NCBI GenBank assembly: GCA_009693905.1
Contig: SHWG01000003.1
Span: 1 to 40,632, forward strand
Length of the DNA: 40,632 bases
Reading direction: 5' to 3'
Source of the DNA: Rhodospirillales bacterium
Lineage (GTDB): Bacteria > Pseudomonadota > Alphaproteobacteria > Rhodospirillales > 2-12-FULL-67-15
The notes under the pieces: model-generated
Databases searched by the model: none
What the model saw: only the letters and a program-made list of their open reading frames with translations
What the model was told of the DNA's origin: nothing
Position numbers and translations under genes: made by a program
Shown: one piece after another, positions 9,755 through 20,085 of the stretch
How positions within the stretch are numbered: the stretch's first letter is position 1
Layout: each line of letters starts with the position of its first letter

Positions 9755-10813
9755 TCATCGGGACGGCGGCGGATTTTGTTCTTTGCCGCGCTCGTTCTGG
9801 ATTTTGCGCCAGCGGGCGACGTTGCGGTTGTGCTCTTCGAGGGTTTTCGCGAACACGTGTCCGCCCGAGCCGTCGGCGACGAAGTATAGTTCGTCCGAGA
9901 TCATCGGGTTGAGCACGGCTTCGAGCGCGGCCCGGCCGGGATTGGCGATCGGCGTCGGCGGAAGTCCGGCGCGCGTGTAGGTGTTGAACGGGTGGTCGGT
10001 TTCGAGATCGGCGTGCGCGAGCGCGCGGGGTAATCCCCCCTCGCCCCGACCGAGGCCGTAGATCACGGTCGGGTCCGATTGCAGTTTCATGTTCGCCTTG
10101 AGGCGGTTCAGGAACACCGCGGCGACGCGGGGCCGCTCCGCCGCCACCCCGGTTTCCTTCTCGACGATGGACGCGAGTGCCAGCGCCTCCTCGGCGGTCT
10201 TGATGACCGGCGGGACGGCGCCCCCCGATAGGGGCGCCTTATCCGTTGCGCGCGGGGTTAAGCCCGCGCGCCCCGCCCAGGCCCGGGCGAGGGTCTCGCG
10301 CATCGCCTCTTCCATCCGGTCCACGATTCCCTGGCGGGAATCGCCCCAAGAATAATGATAGGTCTCGGGCAGCAGCCGCCCCTCGGCCGGAACGCGGCCG
10401 ACCTGACCTTCGAGCCCTTCGGTCTGGGCGAGGAGCGCCAATGCCTGCTTGACCGTGAGGCCCTCGGGGATGGTGACCCGGCGCACCACGGTGCGCCCGC
10501 TTTGCATCAGGCGGATCGCGGCCAGCGCGCTCGTTTGCGGCGGGAACTCGTATTCGCCGGCGCGAAGCGGACCCGCGCGCCCGAGCGCGCGGGCGGCAAG
10601 GCGAAACAGCCGGGGATCGACGATCACGCCCGCCTCGAGCAGGCGCCGGGCGATGCCTTCACTCCCCGCTCCCTTCGGGACGACAACGGCACGAGCGGCA
10701 GCTAGTGGCCCCGGCGCGTCGAGCCGGACCCACGCGATCTGGGCGGCGAGCGCGAGGCCAAGCAGAAAGAGCGCGAACAGGATGAGGGCGGCGCGAACGG
10801 GCCGAATGGCCAC
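9755..10813 (-). CDS. mltG: Endolytic transglycosylase MltG
   Basis: N-terminal TM, LRAGEY, VTIPEG, LLPETY, LASIVEKET, LQSDPTVIYG, GLPPTPIANPG, LYFVADG. Confidence 0.96.
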   Translation of the reverse strand: MAIRPVRAALILFALFLLGLALAAQIAWVRLDAPGPLAAARAVVVPKGAGSEGIARRLLEAGVIVDPRLFRLAARALGRAGPLRAGEYEFPPQTSALAAIRLMQSGRTVVRRVTIPEGLTVKQALALLAQTEGLEGQVGRVPAEGRLLPETYHYSWGDSRQGIVDRMEEAMRETLARAWAGRAGLTPRATDKAPLSGGAVPPVIKTAEEALALASIVEKETGVAAERPRVAAVFLNRLKANMKLQSDPTVIYGLGRGEGGLPRALAHADLETDHPFNTYTRAGLPPTPIANPGRAALEAVLNPMISDELYFVADGSGGHVFAKTLEEHNRNVARWRKIQNERGKEQNPPPSR

Positions 10814-10824
10814 CGTCGTCCCCG

Positions 10825-12108
10825 TCAGTGAAGGGCCTTGAAGACGAGGGAAGCGTTGGTGCCGCCGAAGCCGAAGGAATTGGAGAGCGCCGCGCGAACC
10901 GGGCGCTCTTTCGCCCGGTGGGGAACAAGGTCGATGTCGATGCCGTCGGAAGGGTTGTCGAGATTGAGCGTCGGCGGCACGATGCCGTGGTTGATGGCGA
11001 GGATCGAGAAGATCGCCTCGACCGCGCCCGCGGCGCCGAGCAGATGCCCGATCGAGGACTTGGTCGAGGACATGGAGATTTTGTAGGCGGCATCCCCGAA
11101 CACCCGCTTGACCGCGTTAAATTCGATCTCGTCGCCGAGCGGAGTCGAAGTGCCGTGGGCGTTGACGTAGTCGATATCCTCGGGGTTCATCTCGGCGCGC
11201 TTGAGCGCCATTTTCATGCACCGCTGCGCGCCGTCGCCGTCGGGCGCCGGGGCGGTGATGTGATGGGCGTCGCCCGAGAGGCCATAGCCGACCACCTCGG
11301 CGTAGATCTTCGCGCCGCGTCGCTTGGCGTGCTCGTATTCCTCCAGCACCACGATTCCGGCGCCGTCGCCCATGACGAAACCGTCGCGGGCCTTGTCCCA
11401 GGGACGGGAGGCCTTTTCCGGCGTGTCGTTGAATTTGGTCGCGAGCGCGCGCGCGGCACAGAACCCCGCCATCCCGACGCGGCAAACGGCGGCCTCGGTT
11501 CCGCCCGCGACCATCACGTCGGCGTCGTCCCACAGGATCAGCCGCGCGGCGTCGCCGATGGCGTGCGCCCCGGTCGAGCACGCGGTCACGACCGCGTGGT
11601 TCGGCCCCTTGAAGCCGTGGCGGATGGAGACGTGACCGGAAACGAGGTTGATCAGGCTCGCGGGAATAAAGAACGGACTCACGCGCCGGGCTTGCCCCGC
11701 TTCGACAACGGCCGAGGTGCGCGCGATTTCCGACAGCCCGCCGATGCCGGAGCCGATCAAGACCCCGGTCCGGCAGCGATCCTCGTCGTTATCCGGCGCC
11801 CAGCCCGAATCTCGGATCGCCTGAACCGCCGCGGCAAGGCCGTAGATAATGAAATCGTCCATCCGCCGCTGGTCTTTCGGCGGGATCCAGTCGTCGGGAT
11901 TGAAAAGACCCGAGGCGGTTTCCCCGCGCGGCACCTGGCCGGCGATCTTGGCGGGGAGGTCGGAGGTGTCGAAGGACTGAATCGAACGAATGCCGGAACG
12001 ACCGACAAGCAAGTCGCCCCAGTTCTTCGCAACGCCGACGCCGAGCGGGGAAACGATTCCGAGCCCGGTGACGACGACGCGTCTCGTGGAATCAAGCGCG
12101 CGGCCCAT
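10825..12108 (-). CDS. fabF: 3-oxoacyl-ACP synthase II
   Basis: VVVTGLG, TACSTG, NAHGTST, KSSIGHLLGAAG, SNSFGFGGTN. Confidence 0.98.
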   Translation of the reverse strand: MGRALDSTRRVVVTGLGIVSPLGVGVAKNWGDLLVGRSGIRSIQSFDTSDLPAKIAGQVPRGETASGLFNPDDWIPPKDQRRMDDFIIYGLAAAVQAIRDSGWAPDNDEDRCRTGVLIGSGIGGLSEIARTSAVVEAGQARRVSPFFIPASLINLVSGHVSIRHGFKGPNHAVVTACSTGAHAIGDAARLILWDDADVMVAGGTEAAVCRVGMAGFCAARALATKFNDTPEKASRPWDKARDGFVMGDGAGIVVLEEYEHAKRRGAKIYAEVVGYGLSGDAHHITAPAPDGDGAQRCMKMALKRAEMNPEDIDYVNAHGTSTPLGDEIEFNAVKRVFGDAAYKISMSSTKSSIGHLLGAAGAVEAIFSILAINHGIVPPTLNLDNPSDGIDIDLVPHRAKERPVRAALSNSFGFGGTNASLVFKALH

Positions 12109-12153
12109 TAAATTTTACGAATCCGGGATTGGAGCGGAAGCAATCCGAACCGC

Positions 12154-12393
12154 TCACTTTTTCGCTTGGGACTGGATGAAACCGATGACGTCCTTGATGG
12201 TCTGGATCTTTTCGGCGGCATCATCGGGAATTTCAATGCCGAATTCCTCCTCGAACGCCATGACCAGCTCGACGGTATCGAGGCTGTCGGCGCCCAGGTC
12301 CTCGATGAAATGGGCTCCCTCCACCACCTTCGAGGCCTCGACCCCCAGGTGTTCGACAACAATTTTTTTCACGCGTTCGGCGACGTCGCTCAT
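12154..12393 (-). CDS. acpP: Acyl carrier protein
   Basis: [17 protein letters not shown]...[20 protein letters not shown]; start taken at ATG 12393. Confidence 0.98.
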   Translation of the reverse strand: MSDVAERVKKIVVEHLGVEASKVVEGAHFIEDLGADSLDTVELVMAFEEEFGIEIPDDAAEKIQTIKDVIGFIQSQAKK

Positions 12394-12516
12394 GATCATT
12401 GACCTCAAATTCGTTGATGGCCGCCAGCCCCGAAGAGCGTCTCGAAGCACCCGGGTCGATGCCGCGGCGGGCGGTTTCCTAGCACAATTTACCCGCCTTG
12501 GGTGGGAAACAGAAGG

Positions 12517-12544
12517 AAAAAAAACGCTGCCCGGCACGCCGAGC
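12517..12544 (-). terminator. Possible intrinsic terminator after fabG
   Basis: Minus strand reads GCTCGG-CGTG-CCGGGC, then AGCG and T8, just after the fabG stop. Confidence 0.45.
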
Positions 12545-12547
12545 CGG

Positions 12548-13285
12548 TCAAATCATCGCCATCCCGCCATTGACGTGAATCGTCTGGCCGGTGACGTAGG
12601 CCGCCTCCGCGCTCGCGAGGTAAACCACGGCGGCGGCGACATCGGCGGGCGTTCCCAGCCGGCCGGCGGGAATGGCCTTGACGAGCTCCCGGCGCTGGTC
12701 CTCGGCGAGCGATAAAATCATGGCGGTGTCGATGGCCCCGGGCGCGACGCAGTTGACCGTTATGTTGCGCGATGCGACCTCCTGGGCGAGCGCCTTCGAC
12801 ATCCCCACCAGGCCGGCCTTGGAGGCGGCATAGTTGACCTGGCCCAGATTGCCGGTCGCGCCGACGATCGAGGCGATCGAGACGATCCGCCCCCACCGCT
12901 TCTTCATCATGCCGCGAAGACAGGCACGGCTGAGGCGAAAGGCGGCGGTCAGGTTGACGTCGAGGACTTTCTGCCAATCCTCGTCCTTCATCCTGACCGC
13001 GAGATTGTCGCGGGCGAGACCGGCGTTGTTAATCAGGATATCCACGCCTCCCAGCGCCGCTTTTGCCGCCTTGACAAGCGAATCGGCGGCGGCGGGATCG
13101 GAAAGATCGGCGGGCAGCGCCCGCGCGCGTTCACCCAGTTCGGCGGCGAGCGCACGGAGCGCATCCACGCGGGTGCCCGAAAGACCGACGGTGGCGCCTT
13201 CGGCATGGAGCGCGCGCGCGATCGCGCCACCTATGCCCCCGGAGGCCCCCGTCACCAGCGCGCACTTGCCGCGAAGATCGAACAT
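12548..13285 (-). CDS. fabG: 3-oxoacyl-ACP reductase
   Basis: [34 protein letters not shown]; lies between fabD and acpP. Confidence 0.97.
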   Translation of the reverse strand: MFDLRGKCALVTGASGGIGGAIARALHAEGATVGLSGTRVDALRALAAELGERARALPADLSDPAAADSLVKAAKAALGGVDILINNAGLARDNLAVRMKDEDWQKVLDVNLTAAFRLSRACLRGMMKKRWGRIVSIASIVGATGNLGQVNYAASKAGLVGMSKALAQEVASRNITVNCVAPGAIDTAMILSLAEDQRRELVKAIPAGRLGTPADVAAAVVYLASAEAAYVTGQTIHVNGGMAMI

Positions 13286-13309
13286 GAATAAGTCCTCCGG
13301 GATGTCGAA

Positions 13310-14251
13310 CTAAAGGGTTTTCAGGATGGTCTCGACGTCGGCCGGAATGCCGACGCTGGTCGCGTTGATTTCCGGCGCGACCCGCTTGCAAAGGCCGGCG
13401 AGGACCTTTCCGGCGCCCAGCTCCACAATCCGATCGACACCCTGTTCCCGCAAAAACTCGACGCTCTCGCGCCAACGGACCAGGCCGGTCACCTGTTCGC
13501 CAAGCCGGCGGCGGATTTCGCCGATCTCGCTCACCGGCCGGGCAGTGACGTTGGCGATGACCGGCACCACGGGCGCGTGCATGCGGACATTGACCAACGC
13601 CTTGAGCATGACTTCCGCCGCCGGCGCCATCAAGGAGCAATGGAACGGGGCGCTTACCGGCAGCAACAGGGCGCGCTTCGCGCCCTTGGTCTTGGCGATA
13701 ACGACCGCGCGCTCGACCGCGGTTTTATGACCGCTCACCACCACCTGGCCCGGCGCGTTGTCGTTGGCGGCGTCGCACACCTCGCCTTGCGCGGCTTCGG
13801 CGGCGACGGCCCGCGCCGCCTGGAGATCGAGCCCGAGCAGCGCCGCCATCGCGCCGAGGCCGACCGGAACCGCTTCTTGCATGGCCAGGCCGCGGGTCTT
13901 GAGCAGCCGGGCCGCGTCCGCGAGATCGAAAGTGCCGGCGACGGCGAGCGCGGAATATTCGCCAAGACTATGTCCGGCGACAAACGCCGCCCCGCGGGCG
14001 AGATCGAACCCGCCCTCGCGCTCCAACGTGCGCACGATCGCGAGACTCACCGCCATCAGGGCGGGCTGGGCGTTTTCGGTGAGCGTGAGTTCATCCTCGG
14101 GCCCCTCGAACATGAGGCGGCTGAGATTTTGTTCGAGGGCATCGTCCACCTCCTCGAAGGCCTGGCGGGCGGAGACGAAGGCGGCGGCCAATTCACGACC
14201 CATGCCGACCGCCTGGGAACCTTGGCCCGGGAACACGAACGCGCGCGTCAT
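13310..14251 (-). CDS. fabD: Malonyl CoA-ACP transacylase
   Basis: [31 protein letters not shown]; start taken at ATG 14251. Confidence 0.97.
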   Translation of the reverse strand: MTRAFVFPGQGSQAVGMGRELAAAFVSARQAFEEVDDALEQNLSRLMFEGPEDELTLTENAQPALMAVSLAIVRTLEREGGFDLARGAAFVAGHSLGEYSALAVAGTFDLADAARLLKTRGLAMQEAVPVGLGAMAALLGLDLQAARAVAAEAAQGEVCDAANDNAPGQVVVSGHKTAVERAVVIAKTKGAKRALLLPVSAPFHCSLMAPAAEVMLKALVNVRMHAPVVPVIANVTARPVSEIGEIRRRLGEQVTGLVRWRESVEFLREQGVDRIVELGAGKVLAGLCKRVAPEINATSVGIPADVETILKTL

Positions 14252-14324
14252 GGCTGGCGATTTTCCAGGCTTTCCAGCAAGATTGGCCTCGCTGCTTGGG
14301 GCGGAGTGATAGCGGCCCCCTGGT

Positions 14325-14360
14325 CTTGCCTCAAGAGTTTCTTCGTGTATAGTGCGCGCC
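14325..14360 (+). promoter_or_regulatory. Sigma70-type promoter of the rpsF operon
   Basis: CTTGCC (14325-30), 17 nt, TATAGT (14348-53), followed by a GC-rich discriminator GCGCGCC. Confidence 0.6.
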
Positions 14361-14369
14361 TTCTTAAAC

Positions 14370-14476
14370 CTCCTTGCCAGCCGCGGATTGCGGCCGGCTA
14401 TGCCCGCGAAACGATGCGGCTTTTTTGGGAACCGATCCCGGAAAAACCGATGCGGGATGAGACAACCCGAAGGGAG
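14370..14476 (+). ncRNA. Probable S6:S18 autoregulatory leader RNA
   Basis: CTCCTTGCC (14370-78) can pair with the SD-containing AAGGGAG (14470-76), which is preceded by CCG (14467-69). This matches the known S6:S18 CCG-motif leader layout upstream of rpsF. Confidence 0.6.
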
Positions 14477-14485
14477 ACTGGAATT

Positions 14486-14995
14486 TTGACTTACTACGAA
14501 AACGTCTTTATCGCGCGCCAGGATATCTCCCAGCCTCAGGCCGAGGCCCTGGGCGAAGCCTTCGCCAAGGTTGTCTCCGACCTCGGCGGCACGGTGACCA
14601 AGCGCGAATACTGGGGCCTGCGCAACCTCGCCTTCCGCATCAAAAAGAACCGCAAGGGACACTATCTGCTCCTCAATCTCGACGGGCCGCCGGCGGCCGT
14701 GCACGAGATGGAGCGACAGATGCGTATCAACGAGGACGTTGTCCGTTATATGACCGTCCGGGTCGAGGCGCTGGAGGAAGAACCCTCGGCGATGATGCGC
14801 GCCCGCGACCAGCGTGACGAACGCCCGGGGCGTGGCGACCGCTTTGGCGGCGGCGGCTTCGGCGGCGGCGGAGGCTTCGGCGGCGATCGCTTCGGCAGCG
14901 GAGGCTTCGGCGGTGACCGCGACCGCCCGCGCCGACCCCGCACCGACGAAGGCGGCTCAGGCCCGGATGTCGGCGGCAATGGAGGCGGCGCATGA
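14486..14995 (+). CDS. rpsF: 30S ribosomal protein S6
   Basis: TTG start; [42 protein letters not shown]; Gly/Phe/Arg-rich tail. Confidence 0.97.
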   Translation: MTYYENVFIARQDISQPQAEALGEAFAKVVSDLGGTVTKREYWGLRNLAFRIKKNRKGHYLLLNLDGPPAAVHEMERQMRINEDVVRYMTVRVEALEEEPSAMMRARDQRDERPGRGDRFGGGGFGGGGGFGGDRFGSGGFGGDRDRPRRPRTDEGGSGPDVGGNGGGA

Positions 14996-15243
14996 GCGAC
15001 ACACGCAAGCCCGCCGGGCGCGGCGGCACCTTTTTCCGCCGCCGCAAGAGTTGCCCTTTCACCGGCGATAAGGCTCCGAAGATCGACTACAAGGACGTGC
15101 GGCTTCTGATGCGCTTCATTTCCGAGCGCGGCAAGATCGTGCCGAGCCGCATCACGGCCGTATCCGCCAAAAAGCAACGCGAGCTCGCCACCGCCATCAA
15201 ACGGGCCCGCTTCCTGGCGCTGATTCCCTACGCGGTGCGTTGA
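14992..15243 (+). CDS. rpsR: 30S ribosomal protein S18
   Basis: [39 protein letters not shown]. Confidence 0.98.
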   Translation: MSDTRKPAGRGGTFFRRRKSCPFTGDKAPKIDYKDVRLLMRFISERGKIVPSRITAVSAKKQRELATAIKRARFLALIPYAVR

Positions 15244-15283
15244 GAGAGCCGCGGCGGTCGGCGCCGGTGCGGCGTCGTCGAAA

Positions 15284-16318
15284 ATGGCCCCACAGCCACC
15301 CCCCAGAACCAGCTCTAGAGACTTGCTTTTTGCCGTGGCCGCCGGCGTGGCAAGCGCGCTCGTCGGGCTCGCGTTTCTCGCCCGCGCGCCGGCCGTCATC
15401 CTTCTGATTTATCTCGGACCGCTGCCGCTGATGCTGGCGGGCCTGGGACTCGGCCTGCGCGCCGCGGCCGCCGCCGCGGGCGTGGGCGTGCTGGTTTCGA
15501 GTCTTCTCGCCGGAGCGCCCGCCGCGCTCCTCTACGCGGTCGGGCACGCGCTGCCTTCGCTGATCGTCGTTTGGTTCGGACTCATGCAACGCCCAGGCGT
15601 GAATATTCTGGTCGGCGGATCGAAGGAGGACGACGCGAACAACGGTCCGGCCGCAAGCCCGATCCCGGGGCCGATGTGGTACCCGCACGGACACATTGCC
15701 GCCTGGCTCTCGGCTTTGGCGGCGGCGATGATCGCGTGCGCCGCGCTGGTGTTTTCCTCGGACGAGGGATTCCGCGCCACCGTGACCGAGCACGTCAAAC
15801 GGGGGCTTTCCGCCCTGCTCCCCATGCTCGGCGGGACCGACCGGACCCAGATCATCGCCACCATAGTCGGCCCTTTCCCCGGCTGGATCGGAATTTCGTG
15901 GGCGGCGATGGGCGTGGTTAACGCCGTCGCCGCCGAGAGCATCCTCGCCCGGGCCGGACGGGCGCTGCGGCCGAAACCGGCCTGGGCGGATTTTACGCTT
16001 CCGGACTGGCTTTCCTGGGCCTTGGTCGGGGCCGCTTTGTTGGCGTTGATCGGGCCGGGGGATGTGGGGTATATGGGGCGCAACCTGACGCTGGCGCTGG
16101 CGCTCCCGCATTTCCTCCTGGGGCTTGCGATCGTGCATGGGCTGGTCGATCGGACGCCGCATCCGAACGCTCTTCTTGCCGGCTTTTACGTCGTCCTGTT
16201 CGTTTCCGCCTGGGCCCTTCTCGCCGTGGCGGCGCTAGGCGTGCTGGAACACTGGATTGGGATCCGCAACCGGATTCCCGGCGGCCCCCGACCCGGATCG
16301 AACGCGCCCGGGATTTGA
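15284..16318 (+). CDS. DUF2232 / YybS-like integral membrane protein
   Basis: Multi-TM protein with PLPLMLAGL, WYPxG and GLAIVH; located between rpsR and rplI, the usual position for this family. Confidence 0.8.
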   Translation: MAPQPPPRTSSRDLLFAVAAGVASALVGLAFLARAPAVILLIYLGPLPLMLAGLGLGLRAAAAAAGVGVLVSSLLAGAPAALLYAVGHALPSLIVVWFGLMQRPGVNILVGGSKEDDANNGPAASPIPGPMWYPHGHIAAWLSALAAAMIACAALVFSSDEGFRATVTEHVKRGLSALLPMLGGTDRTQIIATIVGPFPGWIGISWAAMGVVNAVAAESILARAGRALRPKPAWADFTLPDWLSWALVGAALLALIGPGDVGYMGRNLTLALALPHFLLGLAIVHGLVDRTPHPNALLAGFYVVLFVSAWALLAVAALGVLEHWIGIRNRIPGGPRPGSNAPGI

Positions 16319-16344
16319 GTAAGATTTTTTTAGGAGAACGTACG

Positions 16345-17031
16345 ATGGAAGTCATTCTGCTCGAACGCGTCGCCAAGCTCGGCCAAATGGGCGAGGTGGT
16401 CAAGGTCAAGGCCGGTTACGCGCGCAATTATTTGCTGCCGCGCAAAAAGGCCCTGCGGGCGACCGAAGAAAACAAGAAGCAGTTCGAGTCCCGCCGCACC
16501 CAGCTCGAGACCCAGAACGTCTCGCGCAAAACGGAAGCCGACCGGATCTCCGGCAAGATGAAGGGGCTTTCCGTCGTCCTTATCCGCCAGGCTGGCGAAG
16601 CCGGCCAGCTCTACGGCTCGGTCAGCACCCGCGACATCGCCACCGGCGTCAAGGACTCAGGGTTCACCGTCGATCGCCAGCAAGTGGAACTGAATACGCC
16701 GATCAAGACCCTCGGCCTGTTCCAGGTCCCGGTGCATCTCCATCCCGAAATCGCGGTGACAGTCACGGTCAACGTCGCCCGCTCGGCCGAGGAAGCGAAA
16801 ATCCAGGCCAAGACCGGCGCCGCGGTCGTTCACGGCGACCGGGCGAAGGACGAACAAATCGCGATCGAGGAAGCGCGCCTTCGGGCCGAAGCGTTGTTCG
16901 AGGAAGGCGCCGGCCCGCGCGCGGAAGGCGAAGCGAAAGACGGGGCCGAACCGGCCGCGGCCGCCGCGCCCGAAGCCACGGCCGAACCCGAGGCCAAAGC
17001 CAAAACAAAAAAAGCCAAGAAAAAGGAATAG
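16345..17031 (+). CDS. rplI: 50S ribosomal protein L9
   Basis: [43 protein letters not shown]; AGGAG RBS upstream of ATG 16345. Confidence 0.98.
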   Translation: MEVILLERVAKLGQMGEVVKVKAGYARNYLLPRKKALRATEENKKQFESRRTQLETQNVSRKTEADRISGKMKGLSVVLIRQAGEAGQLYGSVSTRDIATGVKDSGFTVDRQQVELNTPIKTLGLFQVPVHLHPEIAVTVTVNVARSAEEAKIQAKTGAAVVHGDRAKDEQIAIEEARLRAEALFEEGAGPRAEGEAKDGAEPAAAAAPEATAEPEAKAKTKKAKKKE

Positions 17032-17052
17032 CGCCGAGGCGGCGCCTCGGCG
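17032..17052 (+). terminator. GC-rich hairpin immediately after rplI
   Basis: CGCCGAGGC / GCCTCGGCG inverted repeat; no U-tract, so a terminator role is uncertain. Confidence 0.35.
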
Positions 17053-17190
17053 GCGGGGAATATAGCCGTATTATGCGTGCCGTTATTTAGGGTATAATAC
17101 CACCCGCTCCATCCTGGGTTATCGGCTGGAACACCGAACAAAAACAATAATCTTCGCGATCAAGAACATCCGTGGCCCGAGGGAAAAGCC

Positions 17191-18440
17191 ATGTTCTTGT
17201 TGTCGAAGCTGCTCGCGTATTTGATCCGGGTCGGGTCGCTGACGTTGACCGACGCAAAAGGGCGTCGTTATGTCTTCGCCGGGACTCCCGGGCCGGCGCT
17301 TGCCATCCGCCTTTGGGACCCCGCTCTGCCCCACCGCCTATTCCTGAACCCGAGCCTCGCGCTCGGCGAGGCCTATACCGACGGCACCCTCACGCTTGAG
17401 AACGGCGGCAGTCTCTACAATCTGCTCGATCTTTTCTCCCTCAACACCGGGCAAGTCGGGCTGCACCCCTTCAATCGGGCGCGGATCGGACTTGAGCGCA
17501 TATTCCGCCGCCTCGACCAATTCAACCCGATCCCGCGGGCGCGGGCCAACGTCGCCCATCATTACGATTTGTCCGGAACATTATATGATCTTTTTCTCGA
17601 TTCCGACCGGCAATACAGTTGCGCCTATTTCCGCACCGGATCGGAAGACCTGGACACCGCCCAGCTCGATAAAAAACGCCACATCGCCGCCAAGCTCCTG
17701 CTCAAGCCGGGCGCGAAGGTTCTCGACATCGGCTCCGGTTGGGGCGGACTTGCGCTTTACCTCGCCCGCGAGCACGACGTCGAGGTGACCGGGCTCACCC
17801 TTTCGTCCGAGCAGTTGGCTTATGCCGAGGTCCGTGCCCAGCGCGAAGGTCTCGCCGGCCGGGTCCGGTTCGCCTTGCGCGACTACCGCGACGAGACCGG
17901 CACCTACGATCGGGTCGTATCGGTGGGGATGTTCGAGCACGTCGGCGTCAACCACTACCGCCGTTTCTTCGCCCAGGCGCGCGACCGGCTCGCCCCCGAC
18001 GGTATCGCCCTTCTCCACACCATTGGCCGCAGCCGGGGGCCAGGACGGACCGATCCCTGGATTCGCAAATATATTTTCCTCGGCGGCTATATTCCGGCCC
18101 TCTCCGAGGTTTCCCGCGCCATCGAGCGCGAACAACTCGAGACCACCGATATCGAGGTCCTGCGGCTCCATTCGCCGAGACGCTCCGACGCTGGCGCCGG
18201 CGCTTTCTCGCCAACCGCGATCGGGTCAAGGCCCTCTACGACGAACGCTTCTGCCGCATGTGGGAATTCTATCTCGCCGTCAGCGAGGCCTCCTTCCGCC
18301 ATCTCGATTCCGTCGTTTACCAGATCCAGATGGCCAAGCGCCGGGACGCGGTGCCCCTGGTGCGCGACTACCTCTACGCTCCCGATTCGCGGCCTGAACT
18401 TCGCTTCGTGTCCGGCCGGAGCGATCCCCGCGCGGCCTGA
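17191..18440 (+). pseudogene. cfa: Cyclopropane-fatty-acyl-phospholipid synthase family methyltransferase, frameshifted near 18172
   Basis: NVAHHYDL, QYSCAYF, LDIGSGWG and VSVGMFEHVG lie in one frame; AETLRRW...ERFCRMWEFYL lies in another frame ending at 18440. CTC CAT T-C GCC GAG lacks one base of the expected TAC in LHYAETL. Confidence 0.88.
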
Positions 18441-18572
18441 GGCCCAAGCCGGACGCGACCTTTTTGCATCTCGAAGTCAAGCCCATTTTTTACCACCTGT
18501 CCCCGTAATACACTTAACTCACAGACTCGGACGCATTGTGAGTAGTGCGTTCGCGGGGTCCGATGCACCGCC

Positions 18573-20072
18573 ATGCCGATTGCCCTTTCCGCCGCCCTGC
18601 CGGCGCTCAGCGACGATTCCCTGGAACAGGCGCGTCGTCAGCCGCCCCATAACGTGCCTGCGGAAAAGGCGCTGCTCGGCGCGATTTTCGTCAACAACCG
18701 CGCCTTCGAGCGCGTTTCCGAATTTCTCCGTCCCGCGCATTTCGCGATTGGGCATCACGGGCGCATCTTCGACGCCGTCACCCTGCTGATCGGGCGCGGC
18801 CAGCTCGCCGATCCGGTGACGCTCCGGCGGTTCTTCGAGCAAGAGCAGGCGATGGCCGAAATCGGCGGGCCCGCCTACCTCGTCGAACTGGCCGAAAGCG
18901 CCACCACGATCATCAACGCCGGCGAATACGGCCGCCTGATTCACGACCTCCATCTCAAGCGCGCGTTGATCGGCATCGGCGAGGAGATGGTCAACGAGGC
19001 TTTTTCCGGCGCGGTCGACCAGGCCGCGACCGAGCAGATCGAACAGGCGGAGCAGAGTCTCTACGACCTCGCCACCACCGGCGAATACGACCGCGGCTTC
19101 GAGCCCTTCGACAGTTCGCTCAAGAAGGCGCTCGAAATGGCCGAGCGCGCTCACAAGCGCGACGGCAAGCTCGCCGGCGCGACGACCGGATTCCACGATC
19201 TCGACCTTCTCCTCGGCGGATTGCACCCGTCCGACCTGGTCATCCTCGCCGGCCGGCCGGGCATGGGCAAAACCGCGCTCGCCACCAATATCGCCTTCAA
19301 CGCGGCAAACACGCATTTCCGGTCCAAGGGCGCCGAAGGCGCGGTGGTCGGTTTCTTCTCGCTCGAAATGTCCTCGGAACAGCTCGCCGCGCGCATCCTT
19401 TCCGAACAAACCAACATCTCGTCCGACAAGATGCGCAAAGGACAATTGTCGAGCGAGGATTTTGACCGCCTCGCCGGCACGGTGCCGGCGATCAACCGGA
19501 TGCCGATGTATATCGACGACACGCCCGGATTGACGGTGAGCGCGCTGCGCACCCGGGCGCGGCGGTTGAAGCGCCAGCATAATCTCGGCCTGATCGTCGT
19601 GGATTACCTGCAGCTGATCTCCGGCGCGTCGCCATCGCGGCCCGACAACCGCGTCCAAGAGGTGTCCGAGATCACCCGCGGCCTCAAGGTGCTGGCCAAG
19701 GAATTGAGCGTGCCGGTGCTGGCGCTGTCCCAACTTTCGCGCCAGGTCGAAGCCCGCGAGGACAAGAAGCCGCAGCTTTCGGATTTGCGCGAATCCGGCT
19801 CGATCGAACAGGACGCGGACGTCGTCATGTTCATCTTCCGCGAAGAATATTACGTCAACCAGCGCAAGCCGGTGCAGCGCGACGAAGAGGATTCGGGCAA
19901 GTTCGCCGAGCGCTACGTCAAGTGGGAAGAGCGCAAGGTCCGAGTCGAGAAACTCGCCGAGATCATCGTCGCCAAGCAGCGCCACGGCCCCGTCGGCTCG
20001 GTGGAGATGCTGTTCGAAGCCAACCACACGCGCTTCAAAGATCTCGACCGCGAACATTCCCCCGAAACCTAG
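18573..20072 (+). CDS. dnaB: Replicative DNA helicase
   Basis: PPHN..AE..LLG, LAGRPGMGKT, FSLEMS, VDYLQL, LSQLSR, DLRESGSIEQDAD, KQRHGP. Confidence 0.98.
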   Translation: MPIALSAALPALSDDSLEQARRQPPHNVPAEKALLGAIFVNNRAFERVSEFLRPAHFAIGHHGRIFDAVTLLIGRGQLADPVTLRRFFEQEQAMAEIGGPAYLVELAESATTIINAGEYGRLIHDLHLKRALIGIGEEMVNEAFSGAVDQAATEQIEQAEQSLYDLATTGEYDRGFEPFDSSLKKALEMAERAHKRDGKLAGATTGFHDLDLLLGGLHPSDLVILAGRPGMGKTALATNIAFNAANTHFRSKGAEGAVVGFFSLEMSSEQLAARILSEQTNISSDKMRKGQLSSEDFDRLAGTVPAINRMPMYIDDTPGLTVSALRTRARRLKRQHNLGLIVVDYLQLISGASPSRPDNRVQEVSEITRGLKVLAKELSVPVLALSQLSRQVEAREDKKPQLSDLRESGSIEQDADVVMFIFREEYYVNQRKPVQRDEEDSGKFAERYVKWEERKVRVEKLAEIIVAKQRHGPVGSVEMLFEANHTRFKDLDREHSPET

Positions 20073-20085
20073 ATTCGGGTGGCCC

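Noticed and set aside
17054-17081. Possible dif site (minus-strand GGCACGCATAA resembles an XerC arm)
   Set aside because: No XerD arm (TTATGTTAAAT-like) after the 6-bp spacer; the region is better read as the cfa promoter (TATAAT at 17093-98).
18490-18525. DnaA or CtrA boxes upstream of dnaB
   Set aside because: The best DnaA-like 9-mer has about 3 mismatches to TTATCCACA, and only a single TTAA half-site is present.
17191-18789. 532-aa extended cfa, or a programmed frameshift
   Set aside because: The extension is the out-of-frame product of a 1-bp deletion; there is no slippery sequence at the site.
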